Positions 13,421 to 26,759 of a DNA stretch of 64,000 nucleotides are shown piece after piece. The stretch covers positions 258,974,001 through 259,038,000 of the forward strand of contig OZ024740.1 of assembly GCA_964016885.1 (NCBI GenBank), written 5' to 3'. The notes under the pieces are model-generated. The model saw only the letters and a list, made by a program, of their open reading frames with translations. It was not told the origin of the DNA and searched no databases. Within the stretch, counting starts at the first letter, position 1; every line of letters begins with the position of its first letter. A program made the position numbers and the translations under genes. The DNA is from Eledone cirrhosa (lineage: Eukaryota).

Positions 13421-16356
13421 AAAGCCTCAAGAACCTGATCAGCCAGTTCCAACTGTCTGACAGGTACCGACTAGATTTCCCTAATGCGCCAGTGTGGACC
13501 TGGGCTAACCGCATAGGGTCATCTAGATCGTATATAGACAGGATATTCATTAGGAAAATAGACAGAAATAGTGTAAGCTGTCCACGTTTTGAAACGGTCG
13601 CCTATTCAGATCACAAGTTTGTGATCTGTATGGTCGACCTAGATAAGACGCGTAGGTTAGGACCTGGTTACTGGAAGCTAAACATGTCATTTCCGGCACG
13701 TAAGGCTTACAGGGACCAGGTCAACAATTTAGTTAAGAAAAAGTTGACAGGGGGAGTCGTCAACAATAGATGTTGGGGGGCTCTCAAAAGAGAGATTAGA
13801 GTAATGTCGATAGAGTTTAGCAAAGAAGTAGCATTAGAGAAAAATAGAAAGGAGGGGGAGTTGGTAGATAAGTTAGACGAGGCTATTGGTAGTGGCATTG
13901 CAACTGATGTGCTAGCGGCGAGAATAGCATTAGACCATTTCTTCAATGCGAAACACGAAGGTTGCAATGTCAGAGCTAAGGCGCGTGCTTTGAGAAACGA
14001 GGGAACCAAAGCTGTTCGATGGGTCCGCGTGGCAGAGGCGCAGCGTGGTAATAAAACCACGATTCGGTCTTTGACGGACCGAGACGGGCACGAGCTGAGC
14101 GATTCCAAGAGGATGTGTGAGGCCTTTTGCCAACATTTTGCTCGGTTGTTCGGGGGAAGTGGCGGGTCAGAGATGGTGGCGGACTTCAGTCCCTTCCTCG
14201 ATGGCTTGCCGCAACTCTCGACGGCTGACGCTGGGCGCTGCGAAAGGCCAATTACTTCAGTCGAGATTCAGGATGCCCTTGTAGGCTGCATGAGGCGCAA
14301 GTCACCCGGTTTGGGTGGTCTGCCCTACGAGCTTTACGTAAATATGCCAGACTTGTTCTCCAATCTCCTCGAAGCCCTCTACTGCAACTGGCAGCAAAAC
14401 GGGAGTATTCCCAGTTCTGTGAGCCGGGGCGTAGTGACGCTGATAAGGAAAGACGAGAACAAGAGGGACACATTAGACAATTTCAGGCCCATAACTCTGC
14501 TCAACACAGAGTTTAAGATTTTGGCCAGGGTGTTAGCGAAGAAGTTGGCGCTTGTCGTCGGGGATTTGGTTGGGGAGGCGCAAACTTGCGCAATCCCAAC
14601 CAGGTCCATACACGACAACCTCCACCTAATGCGATACATCATAGAGAGGGTAGGGTGTAAATCTGGCTTCAGTGGGGCTCTGATCAATTTAGATCAATCG
14701 AAAGGATTCGATAGGGTCGACCATCGGTACATGGAGGCTGTCCTCAGGGCGGCTGGCTTCGGCCCCGTCTTCAGAGGCTGGATCGCTGCAATGCACAGCG
14801 GTACCTGCTCGATGGTCAAAATTAATGGCCACCTCTCGGAACCGTTTCACGTCTCCCGATCGGTCCGTCAAGGCTGCCCTCTCTCCTCCCTTCTGTACGT
14901 ATTGACTCTCGAGTCTTTACTGCGGAAGCTGGAGCTGTTGCAGGGCATCCTGCTCGAACCGGGACGCGGAAAGGCTGTGTCGGCTTATGCGGACGACATC
15001 ACCGTGATGGTGTCGGACACCTCAGAAATCGAGGTGGTCGGCAACTTATTGGAGGAATTTGAAAGGTTGACGGGAGCAAAACTTAACCCGGAAAAGTCAG
15101 TAGGCTTGCAACTCGGCACCTGGAGAGGCAAGTCCATGCCGTCCAACAGCGTCGTTAGGCGCTGGACGGACAGACCGGCAAAGTTGCTAGGGGTTTGGTT
15201 CGGGCCAGACCACCAGGTGGATAAGAATTGGGACGAGGTGACGGGCAGGGTAATCAGTCTCACCCAGAAATGGTCTGGGATGAAGCTATCACTGAAAGGT
15301 CGGGCGGAGGTGGCGAACGCGTACATCGCGTCCGTCATCTACTACCGTCTGACTGTCGTCCCTTGCCCCCGTTCGCGCCTCGCCATCTTGGAGCGGCTGC
15401 TCTTCAAATTCTTGTGGAGGGGTCAGGTTCCGCTGGTGAGGCGGGCCATCTGCTGCCAGCACCCTCTACGTGGAGGGCTGGGCATGCCGTGGCTAATGAT
15501 GCGCAAGCACGCGCTGAGGCTGCGGCATCTCCAGATATTCTGCCAAAACGGTGAACAGGTGTGGTCGCCGTTTGTCAGACGGACCTTTCCGCAGCTCGTT
15601 TCTTTGACTGAGTTGCAGTCCTGGGTCAAGAAGAGACCGAGACTGGGTGACTGGCATCTGGAATGTTGCCAAGCACTCACTGCCTTCTACCAGGAGGGCA
15701 ATGCGGTCAGTGGAACTTCCACTCTCGAGTTCTATAGAGGATTAGTGGTGGGCAAGTGCGACGACGCACTCCGAGAGGCTCTGGGAGTCAACGAGATCAA
15801 ACTAACCAGTCTGTACCGGAGGACTTTCGAGCCGGGGACGATGTATAATTTCCAAAAATCTCTCGCTTGGCAGTGCTACCGGGGGGCACTGCCGGTTCGA
15901 GATAAACTCTACAGGCACGGAAGTGCTGTCAGACGGACCTGTCCGAGATGCGCGCAGAGCCACGAAACCGTTCTGCACGCACTCGTCCAGTGTCCGTGCA
16001 TTACTGACTTGTGGAGTTATGTTGAACAGCTGTTGTCGCGCGTAGAACGGATCTGGCTATCGGCCGAGTCCATAGTGAAGATCGACCCGCCGCCTTCTTT
16101 TGGCCAGGAAGGGCAGGCAATTTTCCTCTGTCTGGTGGCAGTAGCCAAAGAGGTTGTATGGTGGACGAGGTTGAAAGGACTGAAGACAGACTCTTTTCTC
16201 TTCGGCCAATCCCTCATCAACTTTTTCAAGTTCCACTTGGAAAGGAAGGTGAGGGTGGAGAGAGAAGTGCTTCCCTCCAGTACATTTACTGAAAGGTGGG
16301 TGAATGTGACGAGAATGGCCCGTGTGAGTGGGCCTACTCTGGTCATGCGGCTGTAG
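13387..16356 (+). CDS. Tx1 ORF2 open portion: APE C-terminus, reverse transcriptase, CCHC zinc finger
   Basis: 989-aa ORF with SYIDRIF/SDH (APE), KSPG, FRPITLLN, LDQSKGFDRVDH, RQGCPLS, YADD (14986-14997) and CPRC...ETVLHALVQC. Confidence 0.92.
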   Translation: MWEYPIGAGGCKSLKNLISQFQLSDRYRLDFPNAPVWTWANRIGSSRSYIDRIFIRKIDRNSVSCPRFETVAYSDHKFVICMVDLDKTRRLGPGYWKLNMSFPARKAYRDQVNNLVKKKLTGGVVNNRCWGALKREIRVMSIEFSKEVALEKNRKEGELVDKLDEAIGSGIATDVLAARIALDHFFNAKHEGCNVRAKARALRNEGTKAVRWVRVAEAQRGNKTTIRSLTDRDGHELSDSKRMCEAFCQHFARLFGGSGGSEMVADFSPFLDGLPQLSTADAGRCERPITSVEIQDALVGCMRRKSPGLGGLPYELYVNMPDLFSNLLEALYCNWQQNGSIPSSVSRGVVTLIRKDENKRDTLDNFRPITLLNTEFKILARVLAKKLALVVGDLVGEAQTCAIPTRSIHDNLHLMRYIIERVGCKSGFSGALINLDQSKGFDRVDHRYMEAVLRAAGFGPVFRGWIAAMHSGTCSMVKINGHLSEPFHVSRSVRQGCPLSSLLYVLTLESLLRKLELLQGILLEPGRGKAVSAYADDITVMVSDTSEIEVVGNLLEEFERLTGAKLNPEKSVGLQLGTWRGKSMPSNSVVRRWTDRPAKLLGVWFGPDHQVDKNWDEVTGRVISLTQKWSGMKLSLKGRAEVANAYIASVIYYRLTVVPCPRSRLAILERLLFKFLWRGQVPLVRRAICCQHPLRGGLGMPWLMMRKHALRLRHLQIFCQNGEQVWSPFVRRTFPQLVSLTELQSWVKKRPRLGDWHLECCQALTAFYQEGNAVSGTSTLEFYRGLVVGKCDDALREALGVNEIKLTSLYRRTFEPGTMYNFQKSLAWQCYRGALPVRDKLYRHGSAVRRTCPRCAQSHETVLHALVQCPCITDLWSYVEQLLSRVERIWLSAESIVKIDPPPSFGQEGQAIFLCLVAVAKEVVWWTRLKGLKTDSFLFGQSLINFFKFHLERKVRVEREVLPSSTFTERWVNVTRMARVSGPTLVMRL

Positions 16357-16638
16357 GTAGGTAAATTTGAAGAGGAGAGGGGTGCCCTTCCAGGGTGTTC
16401 TCGAAGCGTCGGGTCGTGGGGTACCTGAGCGAACCCTAGGTGGTCATCCCCCCCCCCTATTTGGGAATTTTTTCTTGTTGTAATTTTATTGTTACTTTAT
16501 TGTTACTTGGTTATTGTTACTTTGTTTATTCATATTGTTTACTAGATTTTTCTGTAAGACACGACTGTCCCAGTCTTTTGTATTGTCCCCTATATGGCGA
16601 CCCTTGTGGCCAATAAATGAAATCATTATTATTATTAT

Positions 16639-16695
<57 letters not shown>

Positions 16696-16711
16696 ATGTT
16701 GTTTTTGTTAT

Positions 16712-19700
16712 CGCCACCACGACCAACAATACCATCAACTTCAACACTAACAGCGCCACCACGACCAACAATACCATCAACTTCACCACTAACAACACCA
16801 CCACGACCAACAATACCATCAACTTCACCACTAACAACGCCACCACGACCAACAATACCATCAACTTCGCCACTAACAACGCCACCACGACCAACAATAC
16901 CATCAACTTCACCACTAACAACGCCACCACGACCAACAATACCATCAACTTCACCACTAACAACGCCACCACGACCAACAATACCATCAACTTCACCACT
17001 AACAACACCACCACGACCAACAATACCATCAACTTCACCACTAACAACGCCACCACGACCAACAATACCATCAACTTCACCACTAACAACGCCACCACGA
17101 CCAACAATACCATCAACTTCACCACTAACAACACCACCACGACCAACAATACCATCAACTTCACCACTAACAACGCCACCACGATCAACAATACCATCAA
17201 CTTCACCACTAACAACGCCACCACGACCAACAATACCATCAACTTCACCACTAACAACGCCACCACGACCAACAATACCATCAACTTCACCACTAACAAC
17301 GCCACCACGACCAACAATACCATCAACTTCACCACTAACAACGCCACCACGATCAACAATACCATCAACTTCACCACTAACAACGCCACCACGACCAACA
17401 ATACCATCAACTTCACCACTAACAATGCCACCACCACCAACAATACCATCAACTTCACCACTAACAACGCCACCACGACCAACAATACCATCAACTTCAC
17501 CACTAACAACGCCACCACGACCAACAATACCATCAACTTCACCACTAACAACGCCACCACGACCTACAATACCATCAACTTCACCACTAACAACGCCACC
17601 ACGACCAACAATAACATCAACTTCACCACTAACAACGCCACCACCACCAACAATACCATCAACTTCACCACTAACAACGCCACCACGACCTACAATACCA
17701 TCAACTTCACCACTAACAACGCCACCACGACCAACAATAACATCAACTTCACCACTAACAACGCCACCACCACCAACAATACCATCAACTTCACCACTAA
17801 CAACGCCACCACGACCTACAATACCATCAACTTCACCACTAACAATGCCACCACGACCAACGATACCATCAACTTCACCACTAACAATGCCACCACGACC
17901 AACAATACCATCAACTTCACCACTAACAATGCCACCACCACCAACAATACCATCAACTTCACCACTAACAACGCCACCACGACCAACAATACCATCAACT
18001 TCACCACTAACAACGCCACCACGACCAACAATACCATCAACTTCACCACTAACAACGCCACCACGACCAACAATAACATCAACTTCACCACTAACAACGC
18101 CACCACCACCAACGATACCATCAACTTCACCACTAACAACACCACCACGAGCAACAATACCATCAACTTCACCACTAACAACGCCACCACGACCAACGAT
18201 ACCATCAACTTCACCACTAACAACGCCACCACGACCAACAATACCATCAACTTCACCACTAACAACGCCACCACGACCAACAATACCATCAACTTCACCA
18301 CTAACAATGCCACCACCACCAACAATACCATCAACTTCACCACTAACAACGCCACCACGACCAACAATACCATCAACTTCACCACTAACAACGCCACCAC
18401 GACCAACAATACCATCAACTTCACCACTAACAACGCCACCACGACCAACAATACCATCAACTTCACCACTAACAACGCCACCACGACCAACAATACCATC
18501 AACTTCACCACTAACAATGCCACCACGACCAACAATACCATCAACTTCACCACTAACAACGCCACCACGACCAACAATACCATCAACTTCACCACTAACA
18601 ACGCCACCACGACCAACAATACCATCAACTTCACCACTAACAACGCCACCACGACCAACAATACCATCAACTTCACCACTAACAATGCCACCACGACCAA
18701 CGATACCATCAACTTCACCACTAACAACGCCACCACGACCAACAATACCATCAACTTCACCACTAACAATGCCACCACCACCAACAATACCATCAACTTC
18801 ACCACTAACAACGCCACCACGACCAACAATACCATCAACTTCACCACTAACAACGCCACCACGACCAACAATACCATCAACTTCACCACTAACAACGCCA
18901 CCACGACCAACAATACCATCAACTTCACCACTAACAACACCACCACGACCAACAATACCATCAACTTCACCACTAACAATGCCACCACCACCAACAATAC
19001 CATCAACTTCACCACTAACAACGCCACCACGACCAACAATACCATCAACTTCACCACTAACAACGCCACCACGACCAACAATACCATCAACTTCACCACT
19101 AACAACGCCACCACGACCAACAATACTATCAACTTCACCACTAACAACGCCACCACGACCAACAATACCATCAACTTCACCACTAACAACACCACCACGA
19201 CCAACAATACCATCAACTTCACCACTAACAACGCCACCACGACCAACAATACCATCAACTTCACCACTAACAACGCCACCACGACCAACAATACCATCAA
19301 CTTCACCACTAACAACGCCACCACGACCAACAATACCATCAACTTCACCACTAACAACGCCACCACCACCAACAATACCATCAACTTCACAACTAACAAC
19401 GCCACCACGACCTACAATAACATCAACTTCACCACTAACAACACCACCACGACCAACAATACCATCAACTTCACCACTAACAACGCCACCACGACCAACA
19501 ATACCATCAACTTCACCACTAACAACGCCACCACAACCAACAATACCATCAACTTCACCACTAACAACGCCACCACAACCAACAATACCATCAACTTCAC
19601 CACTAACAACGCCACCACGATCAACAATACCATCAACTTCACTACTAACAACGCCACCACGACCAACAATACCATCAACTTCACCACTAACAACACCACC

Positions 19701-21687
19701 ACGACCAACAATACTATCAACTTCACAACTAACAACGCCACCACGACCAACAATACCATCAACTTCACCACTAACAACGCCACCACAACCAACAATACCA
19801 TCAACTTCACCACTAACAACGCCACCACGACCAACAATACCATCAACTTCACCACTAACAACGCCACCACCACCAACAATACTATCAACTTCACCACTAA
19901 CAACGCCACCACGACCAACAATACCATCAACTTCACCACTAACAACGCCACCACAACCAACAATACCATCAACTTCACCACTAACAACGCCACCACAACC
20001 AACAATACCATCAACTTCACAACTAACAACGCCACCACGACCAACAATACTATCAACTTCACAACTAACAACGCCACCACAACCAACAATACTATCAACT
20101 TCACCACTAACAACGCCACCACGACCAACAATACCATCAACTTCACCACTAACAACGCCACCACAACCAACAATACCATCAACTTCACCACTAACAACGC
20201 CACCACAACCAACAATACCATCAACTTCACAACTAACAACGCCACCACGACCAACAATACTATCAACTTCACAACTAACAACGCCACCACGACCAACAAT
20301 ACTATCAACTTCACCACTAACAACGCCACCACGACCAACAATACTATCAACTTCACCACTAACAACGCCACCACAACCAACAATACCATCAACTTCACAA
20401 CTAACAACGCCACCACGACCAACAATACTATCAACTTCACCACTAACAACGCCACCACAACCAACAATACCATCAACTTCACAACTAACAACGCCACCAC
20501 GACCAACAATACTATCAACTTCACCACTAACAACGCCACCACGACCAACAATACTATCAACTTCACCACTAACAACGCCACCACGACCAACAATACTATC
20601 AACTTCACCACTAACAACGCCACCACAACCAACAATACCATCAACTTCACAACTAACAACGCCACCACGACCAACAATACTATCAACTTCACCACTAACA
20701 ACGCCACCACAACCAACAATACCATCAACTTCACAACTAACAACGCCACCACGACCAACAATACTATCAACTTCACCACTAACAACGCCACCACGACCAA
20801 CAATACTATCAACTTCACCACTAACAACGCCACCACGACCAACAATACTATCAACTTCACCACTAACAACGCCACCACAACCAACAATACCATCAACTTC
20901 ACAACTAACAACGCCACCACGACCAACAATACTATCAACTTCACCACTAACAACGCCACCACAACCAACAATACCATCAACTTCACAACTAACAACGCCA
21001 CCACGACCAACAATACTATCAACTTCACCACTAACAACGCCACCACGACCAACAATACTATCAACTTCACCACTAACAACGCCACCACGACCAACAATAC
21101 TATCAACTTCACCACTAACAACGCCACCACGACCAACAATACTATCAACTTCACCACTAACAACGCCACCACGACCAACAATACTATCAACTTCACCACT
21201 AACAACGCCACCACGACCAACAATACTATCAACTTCACCACTAACAACGCCACCACGACCAACAATACTATCAACTTCACCACTAACAACGCCACCACGA
21301 CCAACAATACTATCAACTTCACCACTAACAACGCCACCACGACCAACAATACTATCAACTTCACCACTAACAACGCCACCACGACCAACAATACTATCAA
21401 CTTCACCACTAACAACGCCACCACGACCAACAATACTATCAACTTCACCACTAACAACGCCACCACAACCAACAATACTATCAACTTCACCACTAACAAC
21501 GCCACCACGACCAACAATACTATCAACTTCACCACTAACAACGCCACCACAACCAACAATACTATCAACTTCACCACTAACAACGCCACCACGACCAACA
21601 ATACTATCAACTTCACCACTAACAACGCCACCACAACCAACAATACTATCAACTTCACCACTAACAACGCCACCACAACCAACAATA
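16712..21687. repeat. 42-bp minisatellite (ccaccacgaccaacaataccatcaacttcaccactaacaacg), ~118 copies
   Basis: Regular 42-bp period over ~5 kb; it explains the long repetitive ORFs in the track. Confidence 0.98.
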
Positions 21688-22443
21688 GCTTCAAAAAAAA
21701 ATTCTTCTTTCTTCAAATATTTTAAATTGTCCCTTTATTTTTTTGGGGGATTTTTTTTTTTTTGTATTGCTATAGCTAGTGTTTTTCTTTTTTTCTTCGT
21801 TTTTTTTTTATTTCTGCTATTGTTATTCCCTTTTTTTCTTATTCTTGTTGTTGCTGTTAATGGATGATGATGATGATGGTGGTGGTGATGGTGGTGGTGG
21901 TGGTGTTGGTGGTGGTTATGGTGGTGTTGGTGATGGTGGTTGTGATGATGATGACGACCACGATGAGGATGATGGCGATGATGCTGATGATGTTTTGTTT
22001 GAACGCATTGTTGTTTGTTGGGGCTGGGGGTTTGCTGTTGCCTTGATATTGTTGTTATTGTTGTTATTGTTGTTATTGTTATTGTCGTTGTAGTTGTTGT
22101 TTTATAATAACATTGTTAATATATATATATTTTTTTTTTCTATTTTTACTATTACTGTTTGTTTTTGTAATGATATTGATGCTGTTGTTGTTGCTGTAGT
22201 TGCCGTTGTTTTATTTTTTCCTTGATGGTGTGTAGAGTGGGCTATAGTTTTGGTACATTTTGTTGTTTTTTTTTCTATCACATTATTTCGTTCCCAATTT
22301 TTTTCTTTCTCTCCCGAAGTAAATAAGGGAACCTAATCGTTTCTTATCTCTATTCATCCTTTAAACACAAAGTACACACACACATTCACACTTAGACAAA
22401 AGACTTGCTCATACATATATATGTGTGTGTGTGTGTGCCTGTG

Positions 22444-22554
<111 letters not shown>

Positions 22555-22686
22555 ATGTGTGTGAGAATAATATATATATATGTGCATGAGATATATGCGT
22601 AAAAAACTAATAAACGTACACCTTCGTAGATGCAGGGACATAAGTTGTGCATATGTATATTCGCCGCTTTCACACACACATACATA

Positions 22687-22737
<51 letters not shown>

Positions 22738-22860
22738 AAGACGGTGATTTGGCAGGGTCGTTAGAACGTTGGATAGAATGTTTGTGGTATTCGTTTAAGC
22801 TCTCTGCTATCTGAGTTCAAATCCCGCCGAGATCAACTTTGCCTTTCATCATTCGACGTT
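22738..22860 (+). mobile_element. Truncated tRNA-derived SINE
   Basis: tggcagggtcgttag...ctgagttcaaatcccgccgagatcaactttgcctttcatc. Confidence 0.75.
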
Positions 22861-23361
22861 GATTCTTCCTCTATATCTCTTTCTCACCTCCATTCTCTAA
22901 CTCTCTATCTTTCTCTGGAAGAAGTCTGCTGTATTCAGACCTGGAGAGGAGATGAGCTCCGGAGGTTTAAAAATGCCCTAGAAACGCCGTATGTCAATAC
23001 CGCGCCCCAACGACTCCCTCTGGAGTTCCGTGACCATGCATGCATATGTGTCTGTGTGGACGCGCGGAGGCGTGTGTATGTGTATCTGTGTGAGCACGTT
23101 TGCGTATAGAAACAGTAGAGATAGCGTTCTATACATGTTATAGAGTTCTTTTATTTGGGGTTGATGTTTCACTTCAGCCATACTCAGTATCTCCCTCAGT
23201 ACATTTCATCACACAGTATCTTGTAACTTGAAAGTTTGCTTTTAAAAGCAAACTAGTATTTAGCCTGTAAATCCCTGTTACGACTAACCCCAGCACCATT
23301 AAGTTTAGTCATAAGTATGATTCTAATTAGAGGCAAGTTAAATCTTTATAGAAATCAGTAG

Positions 23362-23710
23362 AAGACGAAGTCGGCCAAATGGCAGAGTCGTTAGAACGAC
23401 AGCTAGAATCCGTTGCAGTATTCTTTCGGTCTCTATGTCTCAAGTCTGGCCGAGATAAAAACTTTACCTTTCATCCTTTTGAGGTTGATAAATAAAACAT
23501 CATTTCAATAATGGTTTCTGATTTATGTACAAGGTCAACCATTTGGGGAGAAGAAAGTCGCTTAAATCGATTCCATTATGTTACTGGTACTTTATTTTAT
23601 CGACTCCGTAAGGATGAAAGGCAAAGCTAACCTCGGTAGGATTTGAACTCAGAACGTAACATGACGTAACTCTATGCAATAAAGCATGTTGTCCGATGCT
23701 CAATTCACCG
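23362..23710. mobile_element. Two SINE copies in opposite orientation (+ ~23362-23500; - ~23520-23710)
   Basis: Same family as 10640, with the cctttcatcc core on opposite strands. Confidence 0.65.
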
Positions 23711-24746
23711 CCTTTCACCAGTCCCTTAATGAAATCAATTCTTCTTCTGCATCACTTTCTTTTACTCACAAACAGATGAGTGGCAATACGCTAGGCCAGA
23801 AACCTAGATATCAATTCTATGTAGTAAGGGCTGATCATTTGTTTCTGTCCCTATGGGTATTATTGGGTATATTTTATGTATCTTTATATATTTCTGTTTT
23901 CATTTTTGCATCTGAAACGAGGACAATAACCCTGAAATATCATTCTAAAATACACTCGGTAAAACATTACTTTGTTTCATTTTCATCATTTTCCCCTCGT
24001 ATTTTTCTACCGCATTGCACCGGCTTTAAAAACAATTTTACTACATACCACACAATTCTTCGTATCGACTATACTACTCTATTCCTATGTTATATTTTAT
24101 GTGTTACGTTCAATTTTATACCTTCATTTCTAGGTGTCTCTCTCTAACCCTATCCCTGCATTTTATTTATCTTTATTGTATTGTATTTCTATTTTTGCTC
24201 TGACCTTGACCTTTTATGTATATATATATATATAAAATTGGGAATTGGTGCTCTGAAATAGCGATATATATATGAATGTCAACTTATCTCCCCCTGTCTG
24301 CCGAAAATTTAAGTAAGCGACAATGTAGCTACTTTAAAACAATAGCGTGTGGTCTTCAAAATGCTCTTAATTAAGCATACAGTGTATTGCAAAATACACT
24401 ATATATACATTCATATATATATATCGCTATTTCAGAGCACCAATTCTAATTTACAATTTCAGCTGGGCCGGCGACCGCTCTGTATAATCAGTTCTTGATT
24501 GTTACTGGAATTCTATAAGAATCCAACACACATAATTTTCGGCAGACGGGGAGAGTAGTGAGTTTTGATAAGTACCAAACAGTACGAAACAGCGCTGTCA
24601 ACTTATCTCCCCTGTCTGCCGAAAATTTAAGTAAGCGACAATGTAGCTACTTTAAAACAATAGCGTATGGTGTTCAAAATGCTTTTAATTAAGCATACAG
24701 TGTATTGCAAAATACACTATATATAGATTCATATATATATGTTTCG

Positions 24747-24784
<38 letters not shown>

Positions 24785-24830
24785 TATATATATATATATA
24801 TATGCATATATATATATATATATATATATA

Positions 24831-24891
<61 letters not shown>

Positions 24892-24931
24892 ATGATATTA
24901 ATAAATGGAAGCTATATTTATGAAAACCATA

Positions 24932-24991
24932 TTTATTCTATTATATATATTTCAAGGGTACCAAAACTTTGGTACGCTCTCATCAGATAAA
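24932..24991 (-). ncRNA. Minimal HHR in short PLE-like terminus (family also at 34616-34966)
   Basis: tttat-CTGATGA-gagcgtaccaaagttttggtaccctt-GAAAT-atat-ATA. Homologous core at 34672-34712. Confidence 0.6.
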
Positions 24992-25082
24992 ATACAAAGT
25001 TTGTTTTATAAATATTAACATACCCAGGAATGATGCCTTAACGGTACTGTAACGATTGTGTTGTTATTTCTGTTTACCTTTT

Positions 25083-25135
<53 letters not shown>

Positions 25136-25283
25136 CGTGTGTGTGTGTGTAAAAGGTAAACAGAAATAACTACACAATCGGTACAGTATATGGAAGGTAT
25201 ATATTAGGTTAACGCTTGAAATAGCAGGGAGAGGGTCTTAACGTTTCGGACGCTAGTCTTTCATCAGAAGAAAGAATGAGAAT

Positions 25284-26270
25284 ATATGCCAACTTGTTTG
25301 TTGGCTACGTCGAAGCCCAGATCTTCTCCCAGTACGCTGAACCGACTCCTGAGCTATATGGTCGTTATATCGACGACTGTATCGGCGCCACCTCTCTATC
25401 ACGAGAACAGCTCGACTGCTTTCTTTCTTTTGTCCAATCTTTCCATCCTGCTCTCAATTTCTCCGCCTCCGTCTCCGATTCTTTGTCGCTTTTCTAGATA
25501 TCTCTCTATCTATTAATCACTCTCACCACACCCTCTCTACTTCCATCTTCATTAAACTAACAAACTCCCAATCTTATCTCGACTCCACCTCCTCCCATCC
25601 AACCCACACCAAACACTCCATAGTCTACTCCCAATTCCTCCGTCTTCATCGACTCTGTTTCCAGGACGATGATTTCGAAACCTATTCCCTTCGCATGGCT
25701 TCCTTCTTCATCCAGCGTGGATATCCCCCCACCTTGATCCAAGTTGTTCTCACCCGCGCCCATGAAACAGACCGCACCACAGCCCTCTCACCTCACCCCC
25801 GCCCTCCCAACACCCGTATTCCTTTCCCTCTCACCTACCACCCCATCACCCTACTACTCCGGTGACATATCCTCCGTTCCTTCCGTATCCTCTCTTCTGA
25901 CCCCACCACTTCTCGCTTTCATCCAAACCCACCCATTACTGCTTTTAAGCGCTCCCGCAACCTCCGCGACCTCCTGGTTCGCAGTTCCTTTTCGTCCTCT
26001 CCCACGACTCCACCCGGCTCTCATCCTTGTTCCCATTCCCGTTGCAACACTTGTCCCCTTATTTCCACCCTCACCACTCTTACAGGCCCAAACGGGTCTT
26101 TCCGTATCCGCCATTCCTTCACCTGCACATCCACCCACGTTGTCTATGCCCTCTGGTGTTCCCTTTGCGGGTGTTTATATATCGGACAAAGGGGACGCAG
26201 TATGGCGGACAATTTTGCCGAACATTTGAGGGACATCAGACTCGGTTTGGATACTCCTGTCGCCCGTCAG
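25284..26270 (+). pseudogene. PLE RT C-terminus, Cys linker and GIY-YIG endonuclease remnant
   Basis: YANLFVG...GRYIDDCIG, FLDISL, SSHPTHTKHSIVYSQFLRL, RCNTC, FTCTSTHVVYALWCSLCGCLYIGQ. Frameshifted. Confidence 0.88.
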
Positions 26271-26477
26271 CTCTTTTTACAAAACGGTTTTTTTTTTCCA
26301 TTTCAGGTAGACGCGCTCCATCATCCACCTTTCTGAAAAACAAATCATACATAAAACGCCAGTACCAATAGTTTTGCAAGAGATCTCAACATGAATGGAC
26401 CTGTTATTTTTATCTAAAGATATTTTTTTCCAATTCCATCCCACCCGTCCCCTCAATCTATTTTATTTCTCATTCTT

Positions 26478-26513
26478 TCTTCTGATGAAGCACTAGCGTC
26501 CGAAACGTTAAGA
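26478..26513 (+). ncRNA. Minimal HHR of PLE pLTR
   Basis: tctt-CTGATGA-agcactagcgtcc-GAAAC-GTT-aaga. Mirror copy at 25236-25271 (-). Confidence 0.7.
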
Positions 26514-26631
26514 CCCTCTTCCTGCTATATCAAGCGTTAACCTAATATATACCTTCCATATACTGTACCGATTGTGTTGTTATTTCTGTTTACCTTTTAC
26601 ATACATATATATATACATATATATATGCCTT

Positions 26632-26672
<41 letters not shown>

Positions 26673-26673
26673 A

Positions 26674-26756
<83 letters not shown>

Positions 26757-26759
26757 GTG

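Larger units (their letters stand above)
10851..16624 (+). mobile_element. Near full-length Tx1/L1-clade non-LTR retrotransposon inserted in (ATT)n
   Basis: 5' UTR, ORF1, ORF2 (APE-RT-zinc finger) and 3' UTR ending aataaatgaaatc. (ATT)n on both sides. Confidence 0.93.
25150..26600 (+). mobile_element. 5'-truncated Neptune-like Penelope-like element with inverted 5' pLTR, in (CA/TG)n
   Basis: 25150-25283 is the reverse complement of ~26468-26600. The interior encodes RT and GIY-YIG remnants. Confidence 0.9.

Noticed and set aside
11763-16346. Antisense and alternative-frame ORFs over the LINE
   Set aside because: Shadow ORFs of the Tx1 coding sequence.
16526-21867. 1700-aa repetitive ORFs as annotated genes
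   Set aside because: They arise from a 42-bp repeat open in several frames on both strands, with no unique domain or supported exon structure.
22905-23000. CTGGAAGA...GAAAC...GTC hammerhead-like string
   Set aside because: Altered core and no convincing stem I.
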